A DNA stretch of 64,000 nucleotides, from positions 19,034,001-19,098,000 of the forward strand of contig OZ231126.1 in NCBI GenBank assembly GCA_965153355.1, written 5' to 3'. The notes below the pieces were generated by a model. The model was not told where the DNA came from. It saw only the letters and a list, made by a program, of their open reading frames with translations, and did not search any database. Position numbers and translations under genes: made by a program. Numbering within the stretch: the stretch's first letter is position 1; the number at the start of each line of letters is the position of its first letter. Source of the stretch: Flaccisagitta enflata (lineage: Eukaryota). Shown here in pieces: positions 37,682 to 52,393 of this stretch.

Positions 37682-40600
37682 TTGGGCAGCGGCCCTGTGA
37701 TGTCCCAGACACAGGGGTGACTTCACGACACGAGACGCTCCGTCCCCCGAACCTTTCTCGGGCTGGCTTCAAATCCAGCCTCTCAGGCCTCAAATTTGGC
37801 CTATCAGGTCAACCACCTCTCAGGCCTCAACCAGTCTCCAGGCCTCAATCCAGCCTCCAGGGCCTCTGCAACAGCCTCAGGCTTCAACCAGGCTTCCTCT
37901 TTGGGCCCAAACCAGCCTCCAAATGCAACCAGCCTCAGGCCTCAACCAGCCTTAGCCTCAAACCAGCTCTGGGCCTTATATCCAGCTTTGCACTTTCAAA
38001 AGCTTCCTATTGAATAATACGAAATGGATAAAACAAAAATACCCCAAACGTGCCTCCTGGTGACGTACGGAAATTCACCCCCGTGTCCTACAGGACATTG
38101 GCCCTTTCAAGTCGCTGTTCTGCCACTTCCATTAGTATGCGATCCTCTGGATGATTTATTATGTCTTCTTCTTTCTTCTTCCTTCTTCTCTCTCTGTTAC
38201 TTCACTGGTTTGGTCACAGTGGCACACGTTCTTTCAAACAAGTCATTAACAAAAGAAGAGTTTTCACACGTAAGTAAATTTAAAATTAATATAAAATAAG
38301 TCTGTTACTTTCGAAATATAATAGAATAAACCATTAGATGAAAATTAGACAAAAATAGATAGACAGGAATTTATATCTCAGAATTTATACTGTGACCGAT
38401 AGCAGAGTTTACTTTTTGCCTCTGACAAAGTCACTAGGAATTTATGATTAAGACACCTATAAATTCATCACATGTTTGTATGTAGGTTTTCATATAACTA
38501 ATGATCATGAACCATGAGGCCTATACCTAGTTAAGAGTTTCCAATTATTTCGCACAATATTTAACTAAATGATGTACATTAAAGCTTCTTCATAGTTTCA
38601 GATGGCGTCATACCAAGATCTGGTCGATATTTTCCATTGTTAAACATACACATTTTTCTTTCTGTGTTGTTTCCTTTCCCATTCTGCTTATATAGATGAG
38701 CGCGCACACAGAGACTTGGATGAGCCTGAGCTCAGCTGACAGCGGCGTGTCAAAAATGTTCATTTTTGCTGAACGCATACATAATGCAAATGAGATTCTC
38801 ATCATTGTTGTTCCAGTGAGTGTGTGATATTCATGAATGGACACTGCCACAGATTACCGCATAAACAAGCCACCATTGCTTCAATTTCACACAGTAATAC
38901 GAGTGTATTGTTGGTGTTAGATGGTCACAGTGTGCCTGCCTTAGTTGCAGGAAGCTGAGAAAGAGCAGTAAGCGCTGAAACAGGGTCGATGACCCGCTTT
39001 CACACACATGGGGGATTTTCTTCTTCTCCTTCCTTACGCCCCCTCAAATATCGCTGAGGCCGGGGAGTCTCGAGGCCCAAATCCCAGTCTTTAGGCCCAC
39101 ATCCCAGCCTCGAGGCCCAAATCCTAGCCTCAAGGCCCAAATCCTAGCCTGGAGGCTGAGATTTGGGCCTCAAAGCGTGGATGTTGGCCTCTTGGCTGAG
39201 ATTTTGACATTGAGGCTGAAATTTGGGCCTCAAGACTGAAATCTGGGCCTTGAAGCTAGGATTTAGGCCTTGAGGCTAGATTTTGGCCTTGAGGCTAGGA
39301 TTTGGCTCAAGACTGGACTGGGCCTCGAGACTGGACCTGGGGCTGAGACTGATTTGAGGGGGACGTAGAAGATGGGAGAAGGAGAAGGAGAAGGAGAAAA
39401 TCCCCCATATGTGTGAAAGCATAGGTCATCGACTTGAGCCGCGCTGTAGGATTTTGGCAAAATAGACTGCCTATTGATATCACTGTCAATGGCTTCAGCT
39501 TCACGATTTAGCTTCACAAATTTTCTGTATGATAGCAAGATCCAATAAAGTTTCTACACATTTATAAATATACAATTTTTGAGAAGGAAATGAAAGAAAG
39601 AGCATGTTAGTGCCGAAAGCGAGGTGAATTCAATGAACAATGATAACGAAAAGACCCAGATTATCACGCCTGAGCAGCAATATGTGGTCAGCGATACCCG
39701 TTGCCTGCTTTTGCATGACAGCAATTTGCGCAGGAAAGTTCCTGCGACAGTCTGGGAGTTATCCGTTTCGATAACATTGATGATGCCATGTACTGACTGA
39801 AGGCCCCAAGATCTGAAGGCTAGCCCAAGGCTGCCCGCCCACACTGACTGACCCTGTGAGGCCTGACTCCAGCCGAGAGGTGGCCCATTTGAGGCCTGAG
39901 AGTTGTTTGTGCTCAGAGGCCAGCTGGATTGGGATCAGATTTGGCGACTGGAGACAAAATTTGAGGCCTGACGTGGGGAGCTCGAGAGGCCGATCGAGGT
40001 TGAGGCTGGATTACGTTTGAGGCTGGGATTGTGCTGAGGCCAGATTGAGATCTGGCCAGATTGAGGTTTAAGCTAGTGACTCTGAGGCCTGAGGACTCAG
40101 GTTTCAGAGAGGCCAGATTTGCCTGGGGAGCCAGATTTGGGACCTGAGACAATGCTGATGGGGGATCAACGCGGATCGATCAGCCTACAGATGAAAACTT
40201 TTTCGAAGGCTGTCAACGCGCCCACTTCTGATAGAATGGCGGAGGAGACGAGACGGAGAAGACCACGCCAGATGGCCACGCCCGCCCGATGAATGCTTCG
40301 AGTTCAAAGGCGGTCTTCGCCGTCGACACTATTCACATAAAGACTTTCTGTCTCCTTCCTTTCCTCTTCCTCCTCTGTCCTCGTCCCAGTCTGAGCAACC
40401 CACGCCGCTAGCCCACTCCCAGCTCCGAGGCTCAGGATCCAGCCTCACACCCAAATCTTAGCCTCTGCGCCTCCAAAACCTAAGCTCAAGAGATCCTGTT
40501 TGGTGCCTGATCTAGTTGGAAAGTTGGGATTCAAACTTTTTGCTGGGATTTGACTCGCTGAGACCAGGTCTGGTGCTTTGATAGTTTTGGCCTGAGACTT

Positions 40601-42336
40601 TAATTTGGGTCTTTGAGGCTAAGACGAGGCCTGGCGTGATTGCCTTAAGGCTGGGATTTGAGGGGCAATGAAGGAGAAGAAGAAGAAGAAGAAGGAGGAG
40701 AAGGAGAAATTTCTATGTGTGAAGATGAACACACTTCAATATCGCTGCCCAAAATGTAGGAACGTATGCATGTAAAAGGCCAGGGAACATGTACTTGGCT
40801 CGTTGAGAGGAAATTGAGGCCGAATATCGGATATGGCTAACAAGGGCAAGGACATTCTCGTATATCACGCATGGGGAAACCACTGGAGGATTTTGAAGAA
40901 TAACACAGAGGGGTTAGGGGGAATAGGAGGTGAGTTTAACATGCTATTCAATAATAGCCTGGGATAAATATTTCCGCTCTGAAATTCCGTGAATTGTTTA
41001 TTCGAACAAATAACACCTAGCGCGTATTGTTAACGCAAACAAAACACGTGCATTTTCGCGAAGACGATGGCACAGACGCAATGACGTAAAACGACGGTGG
41101 TTTTAGCGCGATGACTGACGACAGACCGACCACGACGCGACTGACGCATCGCGTTTTACATGACGTGCCACGATGAATTTGACAAATAATGCCAGTAATC
41201 TGATTTATTTGTTTAGTGTTCATTATGCCCACTTTTAATGCCAATAATTAGTTGCGCACTATACACCACTTTTGATGATAAACCGAAGTTCATATACGCC
41301 ATTTCCACTAGAAATTTATGCTCAAATCCAGCTTTCCTGCCGCGATAGTTTGGCAGCGGCATTCCACGAATGCGCTACGCGATTTACCCGCTTTGCTGGT
41401 CTGTTCGTTCGTCCGTTATTCGTCTGTCCGCTGGCCCAGTCCGGTCTGGTTCACACTCCTACTTTATGGGGATCTTTTGCGCCGCACAGCCTTTCGCTCA
41501 CGCACTGACGCTTAGCCCACCCGGGCATCAGTATCAGATTCGGTCTACCAGAGCAGGATTCTTTCAGCGGTGGTATCGTCGTAAAACTGAATTTTCTCAT
41601 ATCGTCTTTTCACAGATGAAATTACACCAGACAGCACAATTTCACGGGAAGCGACATTGATGAATATGACAGATGCAGATAACCCTTGATAGTAGACACT
41701 ATCACGTTTTGGGCAGATATCAGCGGATCGCGTGTTATGGCTGCTATTGTTGTCGCCAGTTACCAATAACGACCCAATCATGATGTGACGCGCTTAGATA
41801 GATAAACGCGCTAGGAATGTAACCGGGTGTGATCGGAGATTTACACAAAAAAGACAGCTGAAAATGGGAGATAAAAAGAAATTTATAAATCAAACGACCA
41901 TAAAATATACAATGATAAATTTTTGATTGATCAGTAACAACACAACTACCAACTGAAATAAGGATGAGCACCCAGTCGCGTGCAGCATATGTGTACTGAG
42001 GTCACTTGATAGGAGCAGTGAGGCTGAAGACCGCAGCCCAAAGAAAATGTTGATTTGACTGGTCGATGAGCGATGATCTAGCCGACAAAGGGTGGTCGGC
42101 GCGATTGTGTATAATTTGATAGCTCTGACGTAAGCAAAAGAAGAAATGCGCAAAAAAGAAATCCTTTTCAGCTCTGCTTTATTTTTGTGAATAAAGATTG
42201 ATAGAAATTGATTTTATAAAAGATTAAGATCTTCTCTCTCTTTCTCTTTCTCTCTCTTCTTCTTCTTATCTCTTGCGGGATAATCACGTTGCTGCCATAT
42301 ATAAAGAGCTGGCCTCCTGGCACGGAGCAGCGAAAA

Positions 42337-42340
<4 letters not shown>

Positions 42341-42413
<73 letters not shown>
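42341..42413. repeat. (TA)n microsatellite
   Basis: Read directly. Confidence 0.95.
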
Positions 42414-42418
<5 letters not shown>

Positions 42419-42871
42419 AAGATGTCAGATAGTCACAGACAGATTAATGTTATAACGTTCAGTAGTAATATCGTAAACGCCGAATGAACAATTTTACGTA
42501 ACGGTCGTATTTTACGAACGTGATGTTTTATGAATGAATCTCATGAATGAATATACATATGAATAAATGAATGATTATGAATGAATTATTAACAAGGCAC
42601 ACCAATTATAATCTGTTATATTCAAACATGCAAGACATGTTATTGACAACGCACACAGCGTTAACCATTACCATACATTTATACCGATTTGGTAACGCCG
42701 TTACTGGTATATTGTTCACATCAGAATTTATTTTAACGATAACATGTACGGAGATTGCGAGTTTTTGAACAGATCAGAAAGAGTCTCGAGCGGATATCAC
42801 GACTTATAAAAATACGCGCCCACCCATTCTGGCCAACTTTCTGTTCTTTTTCCGCATTTCGGTCCATTTTC

Positions 42872-43050
42872 ATTGTTGCTGCTGTTGTTGTTGCTTTTGT
42901 ATATTCTTTAATTGCTGCTGCTGTTGTTGCTGTTGTTGTTGCTGTTGTCGTTGATGTTGTTGTTGTTGTTGTTGTTGTTGTCCGCTGTTAATGTTGTTAC
43001 GAAGTTGTCGTTGCTTGTTGCTGTTTTTTGGTTGTTGTTGTTATTGTTGC

Positions 43051-43081
<31 letters not shown>

Positions 43082-43378
43082 ATCGTTATCCGTATCAAAC
43101 CTGTTGTTGCATATTGGTGAAATTACTGTTGTTGTTGTTGTTGCTGTTGTTAATTTTGAATGCCTAATTTTGATTGTTGCTGTTGTTGCTGTTGCTGTTG
43201 CAGATGTTGCTGTTGCTGTTGTTGTTGTTGTTGTTGTTGTCGCGTTGTTGCTGTTGCTGCTTGCCCGCTGTTAGCGCTGCTGCTGTTGCCAGTTTTATTT
43301 TATTGTTGTTAATATTGTTATTGCTGTTACATGTTAAGCAATAGCAAGAAGATATTATTATTGCAGCTGCTGTTGTTC
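42872..43378. repeat. Degenerate (GTT/GCT)n repeat
   Basis: Read directly; explains the poly-L/poly-V ORFs. Confidence 0.9.
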
Positions 43379-46300
43379 ATCAGATCATTAAAGACGGAGA
43401 CCCACGCCATCCTGATAGCTCCCGGAGGCCGATGATGATCCCACACGCCCGCCTGCCCCAGCCAGCTCAACAAAGTTCAGACCCAATCAGGCCGACTCCA
43501 ACAGACGCTTGATCAGTTTTCAGACTAACTGCTTCAGACAAACTTCTTGATTGGCTGAGATCTAATTATTTGTGATCTGTAACAGCTCAGACCAGACTAA
43601 ATTAATAAGTGTTTTTCAGACACCCTAACAAGCCTTTCAGACACAAAACCACGTTCATGGTCTTAAATCAGAATTTTTCAGTTTTCCAAACAGCGTTTTC
43701 AAACTATAGTAATTGTTCTATGGAATCATAACAACGGTTTCTCCATGCCTTCACTTATTCCTCACATACACTGGTCTTAAGATTGGTGCTGATCATGTAA
43801 TGCTTTTTGTGACTATTTTGAGCCTGAGCCAAGAGTGGAGCCATGGTGGCTGTGCCCAGCTTGAGGAGGTGGTGATTGCTGAGTAACAAATAATGAGCAT
43901 CACAGATCCACACTAACCCAGATTCTGCCAGAGTTTCCTGCTTTAATGACTTAATAGGAAAGTATTCCTCACATAACCCAGTGCTGCTTGATTTTTTCTC
44001 TTATGATATAATAAACATCCACGCCACCTGCTGTGCTAGTAAAAGGTGCCACCCTTCCATGTTCTAGGCTTCTAGGTTTCTAGAAAATGCCATATGTTCT
44101 TAGAATTCTAGATTTCAAGGTTTGAGAATAATAAAAATAAAACTTTTCTCTTGTACATCTGTTACTCCTCATTATTGATTCACTTTTATTTAAAGATTCT
44201 CATTTTTCATCTGAAAACCCAGACTTAGAGTCCCAAGGTGCTTTTCTTGCAGAAACTGAATAAGAAACCTAGTGTTAAATTTTTCATTTTTATATGACGT
44301 TATTATCTGTAAGAATGATTGTCTTCCTGTTGTTAGTAATCACCAAAATGAAAAATGAATGGGCACTAAAATGAGACACCCTGAATTTCACTGTAGTAAT
44401 AGAAATTTAGAACTGGTTGACTGACTTACGTTAACGCAGAGTCCAGGAATCATCGCCGCTTCAACGACTGACTGTTCAGTTCATCCATCTCTACTTGTTT
44501 GATCTTTCCTTTTTAAACTGATCAGACTCTGCCAATAGTCTAAACCAGCAATATGGCCCAAATTTGCTAAATGGCCCTGAACCAGCAAGGCCCAAACCAA
44601 GCAAATGCCACCTGGTCATACTCAGCACAGAGTCACACATCAAAAGCCAGCTGTGAACTATTTGCTGATGAGCTATTTTGCTTGGGATTTGGGCTTCACA
44701 TATTTTGATTAGGTCACTTTGCTTAGATTTAGCCATATTAATATTGACTTGGGCCAGAATTGGCAGAATTTGGGCCAGAATAGGCCCCAAAGCAGAGTGA
44801 TAGGCCCTTAATATAAGGGGGATAGCATCGCGGACGAGACGTACAGACATACGGGACGGACAGATTCCCCAGAGTTTCATGAGACCCGATTGCTGCTGCC
44901 TGTAAAATATCATATGCTTAAAGAGCACTGTTTAACTGTAGTTTATGAACAGTCCGCTACACAGAGTTTATTGCGGGAAGCAATTTTCAGTTACAACGCA
45001 GTGTCATTTATAGCAATATTTCTCACCTCCCATAATGCCTCGCTGGCCTCGAAGAACGTTCACTTTTCCACCCCGAGTGCACACGGACGATGGAGGGATC
45101 GGTGATCGATGATTACGAAATGATCTTTAGAATATTAACCATGACGATGCCCACCCTGCAAATGTTGTGAGGCTGATCATACTTGAGTATTATAGAAACA
45201 AAATGAAAAGATTAAAATGATATCACTGAGACGCTCTAATTTTAAGTACATGCCCTCGAAAGAAGAAAATATCACCACTTTCACAAGTACTCCCTTTTAA
45301 GAAGGGCCCCTGCAGGGGACGAAGTCCTGTGAACGCGCCTTACTTGTGCGCCATACGCCAGTCGGCACGCGCTTTGCTGATGGCGTTCCGGCTGGCACTT
45401 CATTAATCACACTGACTATGACTGACATTTTCATTTTTACGCTGTTAAAAGATCGACATTAACTCCTGATTAATCACCGATATATCAATCATCTTCATCT
45501 GTTTTCATTCATGATTTTTCTTCCATTCACATTACATTTCCATTTATTTCATTCATTGACTCATTCATTTTTTTCTTCTTCATTTTCGAAAATGGATTAC
45601 CTTCTGATCTTTCATTTTATAAATTAGTTCTTTGAATTAAGAATCAAATTAACATGATGCTGGTAATTATTTTTCGAATTAATGTACAACTGGGAAATGC
45701 TTGTCATGATGTTTACTTAGCAGTATCTCAGTGAATGAGAAGAATATGGTTAAATGTTAATAAAATTATCATCAAATAACACTGACTGAGGAGCGCTCGG
45801 TGTGTATACCATCAATCACAATTAAGACACAACAAAACTCACAGACACTAGCCTGCCAGGAGCAAAATTTTGTTTTGTCGTGCTGTTTACATCATAAAAG
45901 AAATGATTAATAGTTCAATTGTCTCCAGTTCAAAGAGCTGTCTCTTTCTGTTAGTTGATCGTCACATTTCTTATGTTTTTTGGTTATAATGCTTTACCTC
46001 AAATATGGCCCCTGCCCACCCACACGCGACTGGGGTAGCCGTGTATCCAGCCTTGTTTTTACCAAAAACAAATAATTCACCTGATAGTACATGTCATTTT
46101 GGGCAGTTAACAGAAAAATTGATGCAAAATCTCATCAAAGAAAAAAATTAGTGATTTTTTTTTTTTTTTTTGAAATGACTAATTTCATGAATTTCATTTA
46201 TTGATATTAAAAATTTCATAAATGGATACTAAAAATTGTCTGATCATAATGAAAATTAATATGCATGTGGTTTGGTGCTTCATTTAACTACCATGAAAAT

Positions 46301-48066
46301 TTTATGACTTTTCTTTTACAGGAAGTGCCCCATTTTAAACATGAAATATCCTTTTTTTCAAATTTTTGTTGAATCTGACATAGGTGCACCCTAAATAACA
46401 AATATGCATAGAAAATGAAAAATTGAAAGAAACAAAAACATCAAACGATAGTAAATTACATTATCTTGGGTCTGATGTTTTTAAAAATGCAAAATATATA
46501 TCTATGTTTAAGATTTGTTATTCAGGGGATGAAAAATGTTTTTTTTCAAAAATTCAAAATTTTACAATTTGGAATAGAAAAACTCACAAAACTGATACTT
46601 TAAATCAACTGATTGTTACAAATTTTGGAATGCTAAAAGTTTAGTGTTTCCTTTGACTACCATTGAAATTTCATGACTTTACTTCAATGGGAAGTACCCC
46701 AAATAATTTTTCAAAATAAAACATCTTTTTTTCGAAATTCAATTGTCAGCTGACATTTTTTAAAAGGAACCTGATAAAGACATCCAAAATGCTAAAAATG
46801 ATGTGGCAAAAAAGTTTTATATTAGTGTCAGATAGATATGAACAGCCCCTCAAAAGAAATTTGACCATATTATACAAACTGTGTCGGTAATAATGCAGTA
46901 AAGATACCTCTTTAAAATAATTCTTGTGTGACACTCCTTAAAATAGTGAACACTTCCTGTTTTGACAGATTTTTAGTCTGAGATAGGCCTTCCGAAATCA
47001 TTCAGGCTCCGTTCCTTTCAAATTTGCCCTTTCAGGCCTGAAATCTGCTCCGTCAGGCTTAATTAAAATCTGCTCTCTTCATTCAAGGTTTGCGAGGGCA
47101 GATTTCAGGCCTGAGAGGGCAGATTTTAGGCCTGATAGGGCAGATTTCAAGCCTGAGAGGGCCTGGGGGGGCGGACGGATGGACAAACAAACGAATGTCC
47201 CCTGTGTTTTACAAGACTTTGGCTCCTTGGGGGCCACTGCCCTGTCTTTCATTCTGATTTATAATCATGCAGAGCAGGGTAACGGGTATCACTGACCATG
47301 TATTGCCCTTGGGCGACCTGTTCTAAGGTCTCATACTCCTTGAAAGGGCTTGAAGAGCCAAAAAATTTCCTGAGTTCTGGCCATATCTGCTCATCTTGAC
47401 CAGGTTTTTGGGCAGCGGCCCTGAAGGGGTTGATGACCTATGCTTTCACACATATGGGGACTTTCTCCTTCTCCAAATAGTCTCATCAGTTCATTCGTGG
47501 TAGATATCTAGAACATATAGCATGAAATGTTGCCATATCTTACACTTAAAACACAACTCATTGTTAGCACATCACACTGCTATATTAATTCAGTAATTTG
47601 ATAACAATAACATCACCTGAGGCACTCCAAGAACTCCTTCAGTAATCTAGAGCGAAACCCCTTGTACCTTCTGAGCGCCTCAGCAACTCCTCAGAATGTT
47701 TGCCTGACATAATACTTGCTTATTTATCTGAAAGATGTCAACGAACATTTTGTTGCTTAGATTGATTGATAGACGATGAGGTTGCAGGTGAGTGTTTCTT
47801 TCGTTAAAACTGCTTTTGACACTCCAGTACATCTAGAAGCATAAGTATATCAACAAAATAAGAATTAGTTTATTGATCACAGAGGTTTATAAAAAATCTA
47901 TAGAATACTATATACTATATTACCTTTCTTTTCTTGAGCTTTCAATTGTTACCTTCATATGATTTTATAATTTATAACATGCTGCCAACGTAGTTTGAGA
48001 TCATTCTTTGTTACTAATATTTTCCGCTTTCACATTTGCTCACAACCTATCATTCGTCATCATCAG

Positions 48067-48097
<31 letters not shown>

Positions 48098-51000
48098 TTC
48101 CACCATCAGTGCCAGAGGAAATAGAATGTACCAGAATGAGAATGGAACGAACCCAGTCTTCTTTGTAATGTAATTATCTCGGTGACAACTCACTAAAATC
48201 TCTAACATACAAATTGTTCCACTATCATTTGACATCACAATTTTTTAAGAAAGACCCATCAAATTCTATAGTAACAAAAAGACTATTTGTATATAAACAT
48301 ACAGTCACCATTTTACTTTTTTATTCATTGAATGGTCACTTAAATGGGTGCCAGACTCGATGGAATACATTTTGTCACCTACATTGCGGTGAATAACGCG
48401 AAATGCACCACTTGACATGATGCGCTATAATCCAGTAAATACTTCGATGAAATATTCACGATAAGATTGCGCAGCGGCATCTGCTGGCGACAACGCCTGA
48501 GCGGCGTTAAAAACGTGATTATGGTCACACACAGCCAGATTTAAACAAGATTTATTTCAGCCCGCTTCCTCTGCCTTACCAACCGATTTATTACGACCAA
48601 TAGCATGCACACCAACGCCACGTCGACAGAAATGCACGCTTAGCGTTTTTCAATCCTGAGCGTGAGATGCACAATGATGATGATGGATGACGGACGGGAC
48701 CAACAGATAGTAAGACTTGCGTGTTCATCTTGTAACGATCTCGCATCTGGGCGCATGATGCGACAAAGGAATGCTCATCAGAATTCAGACATTGAATTTC
48801 AGTTATCCACACTTTAAATTGCATTTGCCATGGACATTGACGAGCGTCAAAGATTCTATCGCAAAGTAATGGTATCGCTATAAGATACCTGATCGCCTTC
48901 TTCTTTGACGATCGTATGATGCACTGTTTATGCTATTGCCTGCTGGCTGCTGGTTTACCTGAGCAATTGGCTGCTGGCTACATGGCGTGGCTAAATTGCT
49001 CACGTTCCTCGGGAATAGTAAGATCTTCTTGTCTTCTAAAGTTGATGAACGATTTTACCTCATGCCTTCACTTTGTAAATATTGATTTTAATATCACTGA
49101 ATTTTGCAAGTCATCGATCAGTTTTCTTGAGGTGACACAGTTCGTCGCAGTTAAAACAGCGCTGCCGCGCACAAAATACAAAAAGACTAAAAGACCAAAT
49201 GATTAAAAGAGCGAAACACATCGACAACGGTTAGCGCCACAGCGATACCACAGATGCGACAGACGCAGAGTTGACAGAGTGTCATAGACAAATAAATGTA
49301 CTAAATAATTCACCCTGAGTCATCGCTTTTGATCATACATTTGATCATAGAATTGACTATTTGATAATAGATAGCCCACTCCAATGCTAATAAGATATAA
49401 ACACAGGTATGCCTTTTTATCTATTAAGATAGATGGTTGTGACATACAATCTGGTAAACACTCATTGAAGTTATAGTAGTTTTCATCCTTGGTTTATTGA
49501 GACTTCTGTTTTTTAGTAATACACACTTTATTATAACCTGTTTGATCTGTTTTTTAATAAATTGCCTCCTTTTAACTATACCAGTTTTTCCTCTAGGTTC
49601 CTGAAGTGCTGGTTTGTTAATGAATTAATTCATTATTTTCATGTATTCTCTGTATTATCGTTTTTTGTTTCTTATATTCTGTTCACTTGGAGTTGTTAAT
49701 CACAGACGTACTTGAGTGATGGATCTTTTGTAGTCTCTCAGTAGCTTTTACATGATGATGATTCCCGTATATTTATAGCTTATTAGCGTATGATGTCATT
49801 GTTAGTTTTATAAAGAAGAATACTTTTAGCTATTTTACTACGTAAAGGATGGGATGGTTAATTACATTTTTCATTTGGTAACTGACGTTTGATGTACAAG
49901 TATTAGCTTCCTTTCAATCTCAGCAAATACTGTAGACAGATTGCGATTTGATTGCTTACACAATTTTGCAATACTTTGCTCGATAATTGATTACCTCATT
50001 TTGATGATCAGGTGTGATAAGCATATCAGTGTGTTGGTAGTGAATTGCTGAGAGGTCTTTTTGCCGTACAATATAATCAAACATCAACGTCAAGATTATC
50101 CAGTTATCCTTTCTCCCATCTCTTCAAGATAAGAAGTCAATAAGTTAAGAAACCTTTTCAAGAGACAGATGTGGAGTTGGCTGCCTGAGCAAGTTAGTCA
50201 TTCTGCCACAAATCTATTGCGATGGGCACATGCGTGGATGCCCTGTCTACACCATTGGACAGTGGCAATTAGTCAAGACACTACAAGTCTGGATCCCTCA
50301 AGAGTCAGGTCCGTAGTCACTGTGCCCCATTTGTCGCATTAACACCGATACAACCCTGAACAATAACCTTCGTTTACAATGGCGCATCTGCCAAACTTCC
50401 CATGGTAAGCAGCCGTGGGAGAAGACTCAAGTACATCTGTCTATCCAGTCGCCTCTCTTTGGCATGGAGCCACTTCTCTTCGGTGGTCAACCAGTCTTGC
50501 CCCGCCTCTTTTTGCAAGACCCTGAGTTTTGTAAAGTACAACAATGAGTCTTTAGGACATAGTACACAAGACCAAGCGATAAGTGATCGAACCTTATGGA
50601 AAAACCTGTTGAGAGTTCTGGTCGGTGAACTCTGGATGTGCCCACTTGCCATTTGGAGCGCGCAGATTTTCAAGAGGAAGCTAAGCTTTTCGGTTGGTCT
50701 CGGATTATTTCATCTCTCCTTTCACCTCCTTTACAAACAGTAGTGGCCCTTAGGCCAGTGGCCGCTGTTCGTGGAAGTTCCTAGAAGTTTCCAGCGTTCT
50801 CGGAATGGAAGCGGTATCTATCAAGGACAACATCTTTAAGGACTCCTTTTCTTCCTTTTCACGGCGTTCAACCATTACGGATGATGCAAGTACGCAAACT
50901 TGGGAGGCGTGCTGGTCGGAGCTGACCTTGTGCTACTTCGCAGAAACGGAATTAAGGGACTGCTACAACTCTTTTCAACCCCTCTACGATCGGCGATGCA

Positions 51001-51475
51001 AAGTTGGATCAAGAACTAACAACTAACAATAGAATACGGCTAAGACCTCTTCAGCAATTAGTGGAGGTGATGAACTGGTGATTCTTATCATTACTGGAAC
51101 TTGAGAGTAAAAGAATGACTTCCATTTTATCAAAATAACCAAAAATCTGGTTTGACTCGCTTTTAGCCATGCAATGAATTGCATTTCAAATTAAAACTCT
51201 CACAACAACAACGAACAAATACAGCAACAAGTACAACACAATACAGAAACCAACACAATCTCAACAATTAATACAATCAACAATATAAGTACTAGCAACA
51301 GAGACAATTAAACAACATACTCATCTTCAACAACAAACTCGTCTTCAACAACATCAAGAAATGTTCTTAACAAGGTTGCACATGATCAGAAGGTGCTAAG
51401 CAGAGCATGCGATCTAGTCGCAAGTTCCTTTTTTCAACCTCTTGCAAGTGAGGTTTCAACAGGGAGACAGTCAAA

Positions 51476-51994
51476 ATGGCAGAAGCCTCTCCCCCCTTGC
51501 AATGGAATTTCTCTAATTGGGAGGCACTTGAAGCAGACATAAGAAACTCAGCAGCTTACTTTGGTATCGAAATACCTGAACATGTGTTTCAAGGATTGAA
51601 GCAGTATTACTACGACCACTACCCTTTAAGAGCCACAAGACTGGGTGTCTTTAATCAGTTTCAATACCTCTACTCAAGACGTAATCAACAAGAAGAGAGT
51701 GATGACAGTCCAGAGTCTATCCCTGAAGAATATGAACACTCAGACGGTCTTTCTCACGTTGACAGTCCTCTTTCAGATGTTGAGCCCTGCACTGGTGATG
51801 TCCTGACCAGATGTCCTGGTGATGTAGACCCTGCGGATGTCAATGAAGTTGATGGAAGTGATGGAAACTCCTCAGATGCATATGATGGAGATGCCTGCGA
51901 CAGCCCAACTTCCTTCGATGACGCGTACGATGCCGACCATGACGCCTACAATGACCAGTATGATGACCACTATGATGATGGAGACTATTACTAA
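51476..51994 (+). CDS. Orphan 172-aa ORF inside the LTR element (aromatic-rich N-terminal half, very acidic D/E/Y-rich C-terminal half)
   Basis: ATG in good context (CAAAATGG), uninterrupted and non-repetitive N-terminal half. No family recognised. Confidence 0.5.
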   Translation: MAEASPPLQWNFSNWEALEADIRNSAAYFGIEIPEHVFQGLKQYYYDHYPLRATRLGVFNQFQYLYSRRNQQEESDDSPESIPEEYEHSDGLSHVDSPLSDVEPCTGDVLTRCPGDVDPADVNEVDGSDGNSSDAYDGDACDSPTSFDDAYDADHDAYNDQYDDHYDDGDYY

Positions 51995-52003
51995 TTCTCT
52001 ATG

Positions 52004-52393
52004 GGTGCCGCCAATTGCTGCTGCGATGGAGGAGATGCCGCCAATTGCTGCTGTGATGAAGGAGGTGCCGCCAATTGCTGCTGCGATGGAGGAGGTGCCG
52101 CCAATTGCTGCTGCGATGGAGGAGGTGCCGCCAGTTGCTGCTGCGATGGAGGAGGTGCCGCCACTTGCTGCTGCGATGGAGGAGGTGCCGCCACTTGCTG
52201 CTGCGATGGAGGAGGTGCCGCCAGTTGCTGCTGCGATGGAGGAGGTGCCGCCAGTTGCTGCTGCGATGGAGGAGGTGCCGCCAGTTGCTGCTGCGATGGA
52301 AGAGGTGCCGCCAGTTGCTGCTGCGATGGAAGAGGTGCCGCCAGTTGCTGCTGCGATGGAGGAGGTGCCGCCAGTTGCTGCTGCGATGGAGGA
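52004..52393 (+). repeat. 13 x 30-bp minisatellite (GGTGCCGCCAGTTGCTGCTGCGATGGAGGA), open in frame VPP[IVL]AAAMEE
   Basis: Units counted directly; lies inside ORF 51837-52424. Confidence 0.95.

Noticed and set aside
48550-49250. Possible decayed Gypsy gag zinc-knuckle/protease on the minus strand (RYHYF..DARQC..GKC; AFL.D)
   Set aside because: It requires several frameshifts and stops and cannot be distinguished from chance by eye.
52004-52393. 30-bp repeats as a CRISPR array, or Cys-rich frame as a metallothionein
   Set aside because: The units are head-to-tail with no spacers, there are no cas genes and the context is eukaryotic. The Cys frame appears to be a by-product of the repeat.
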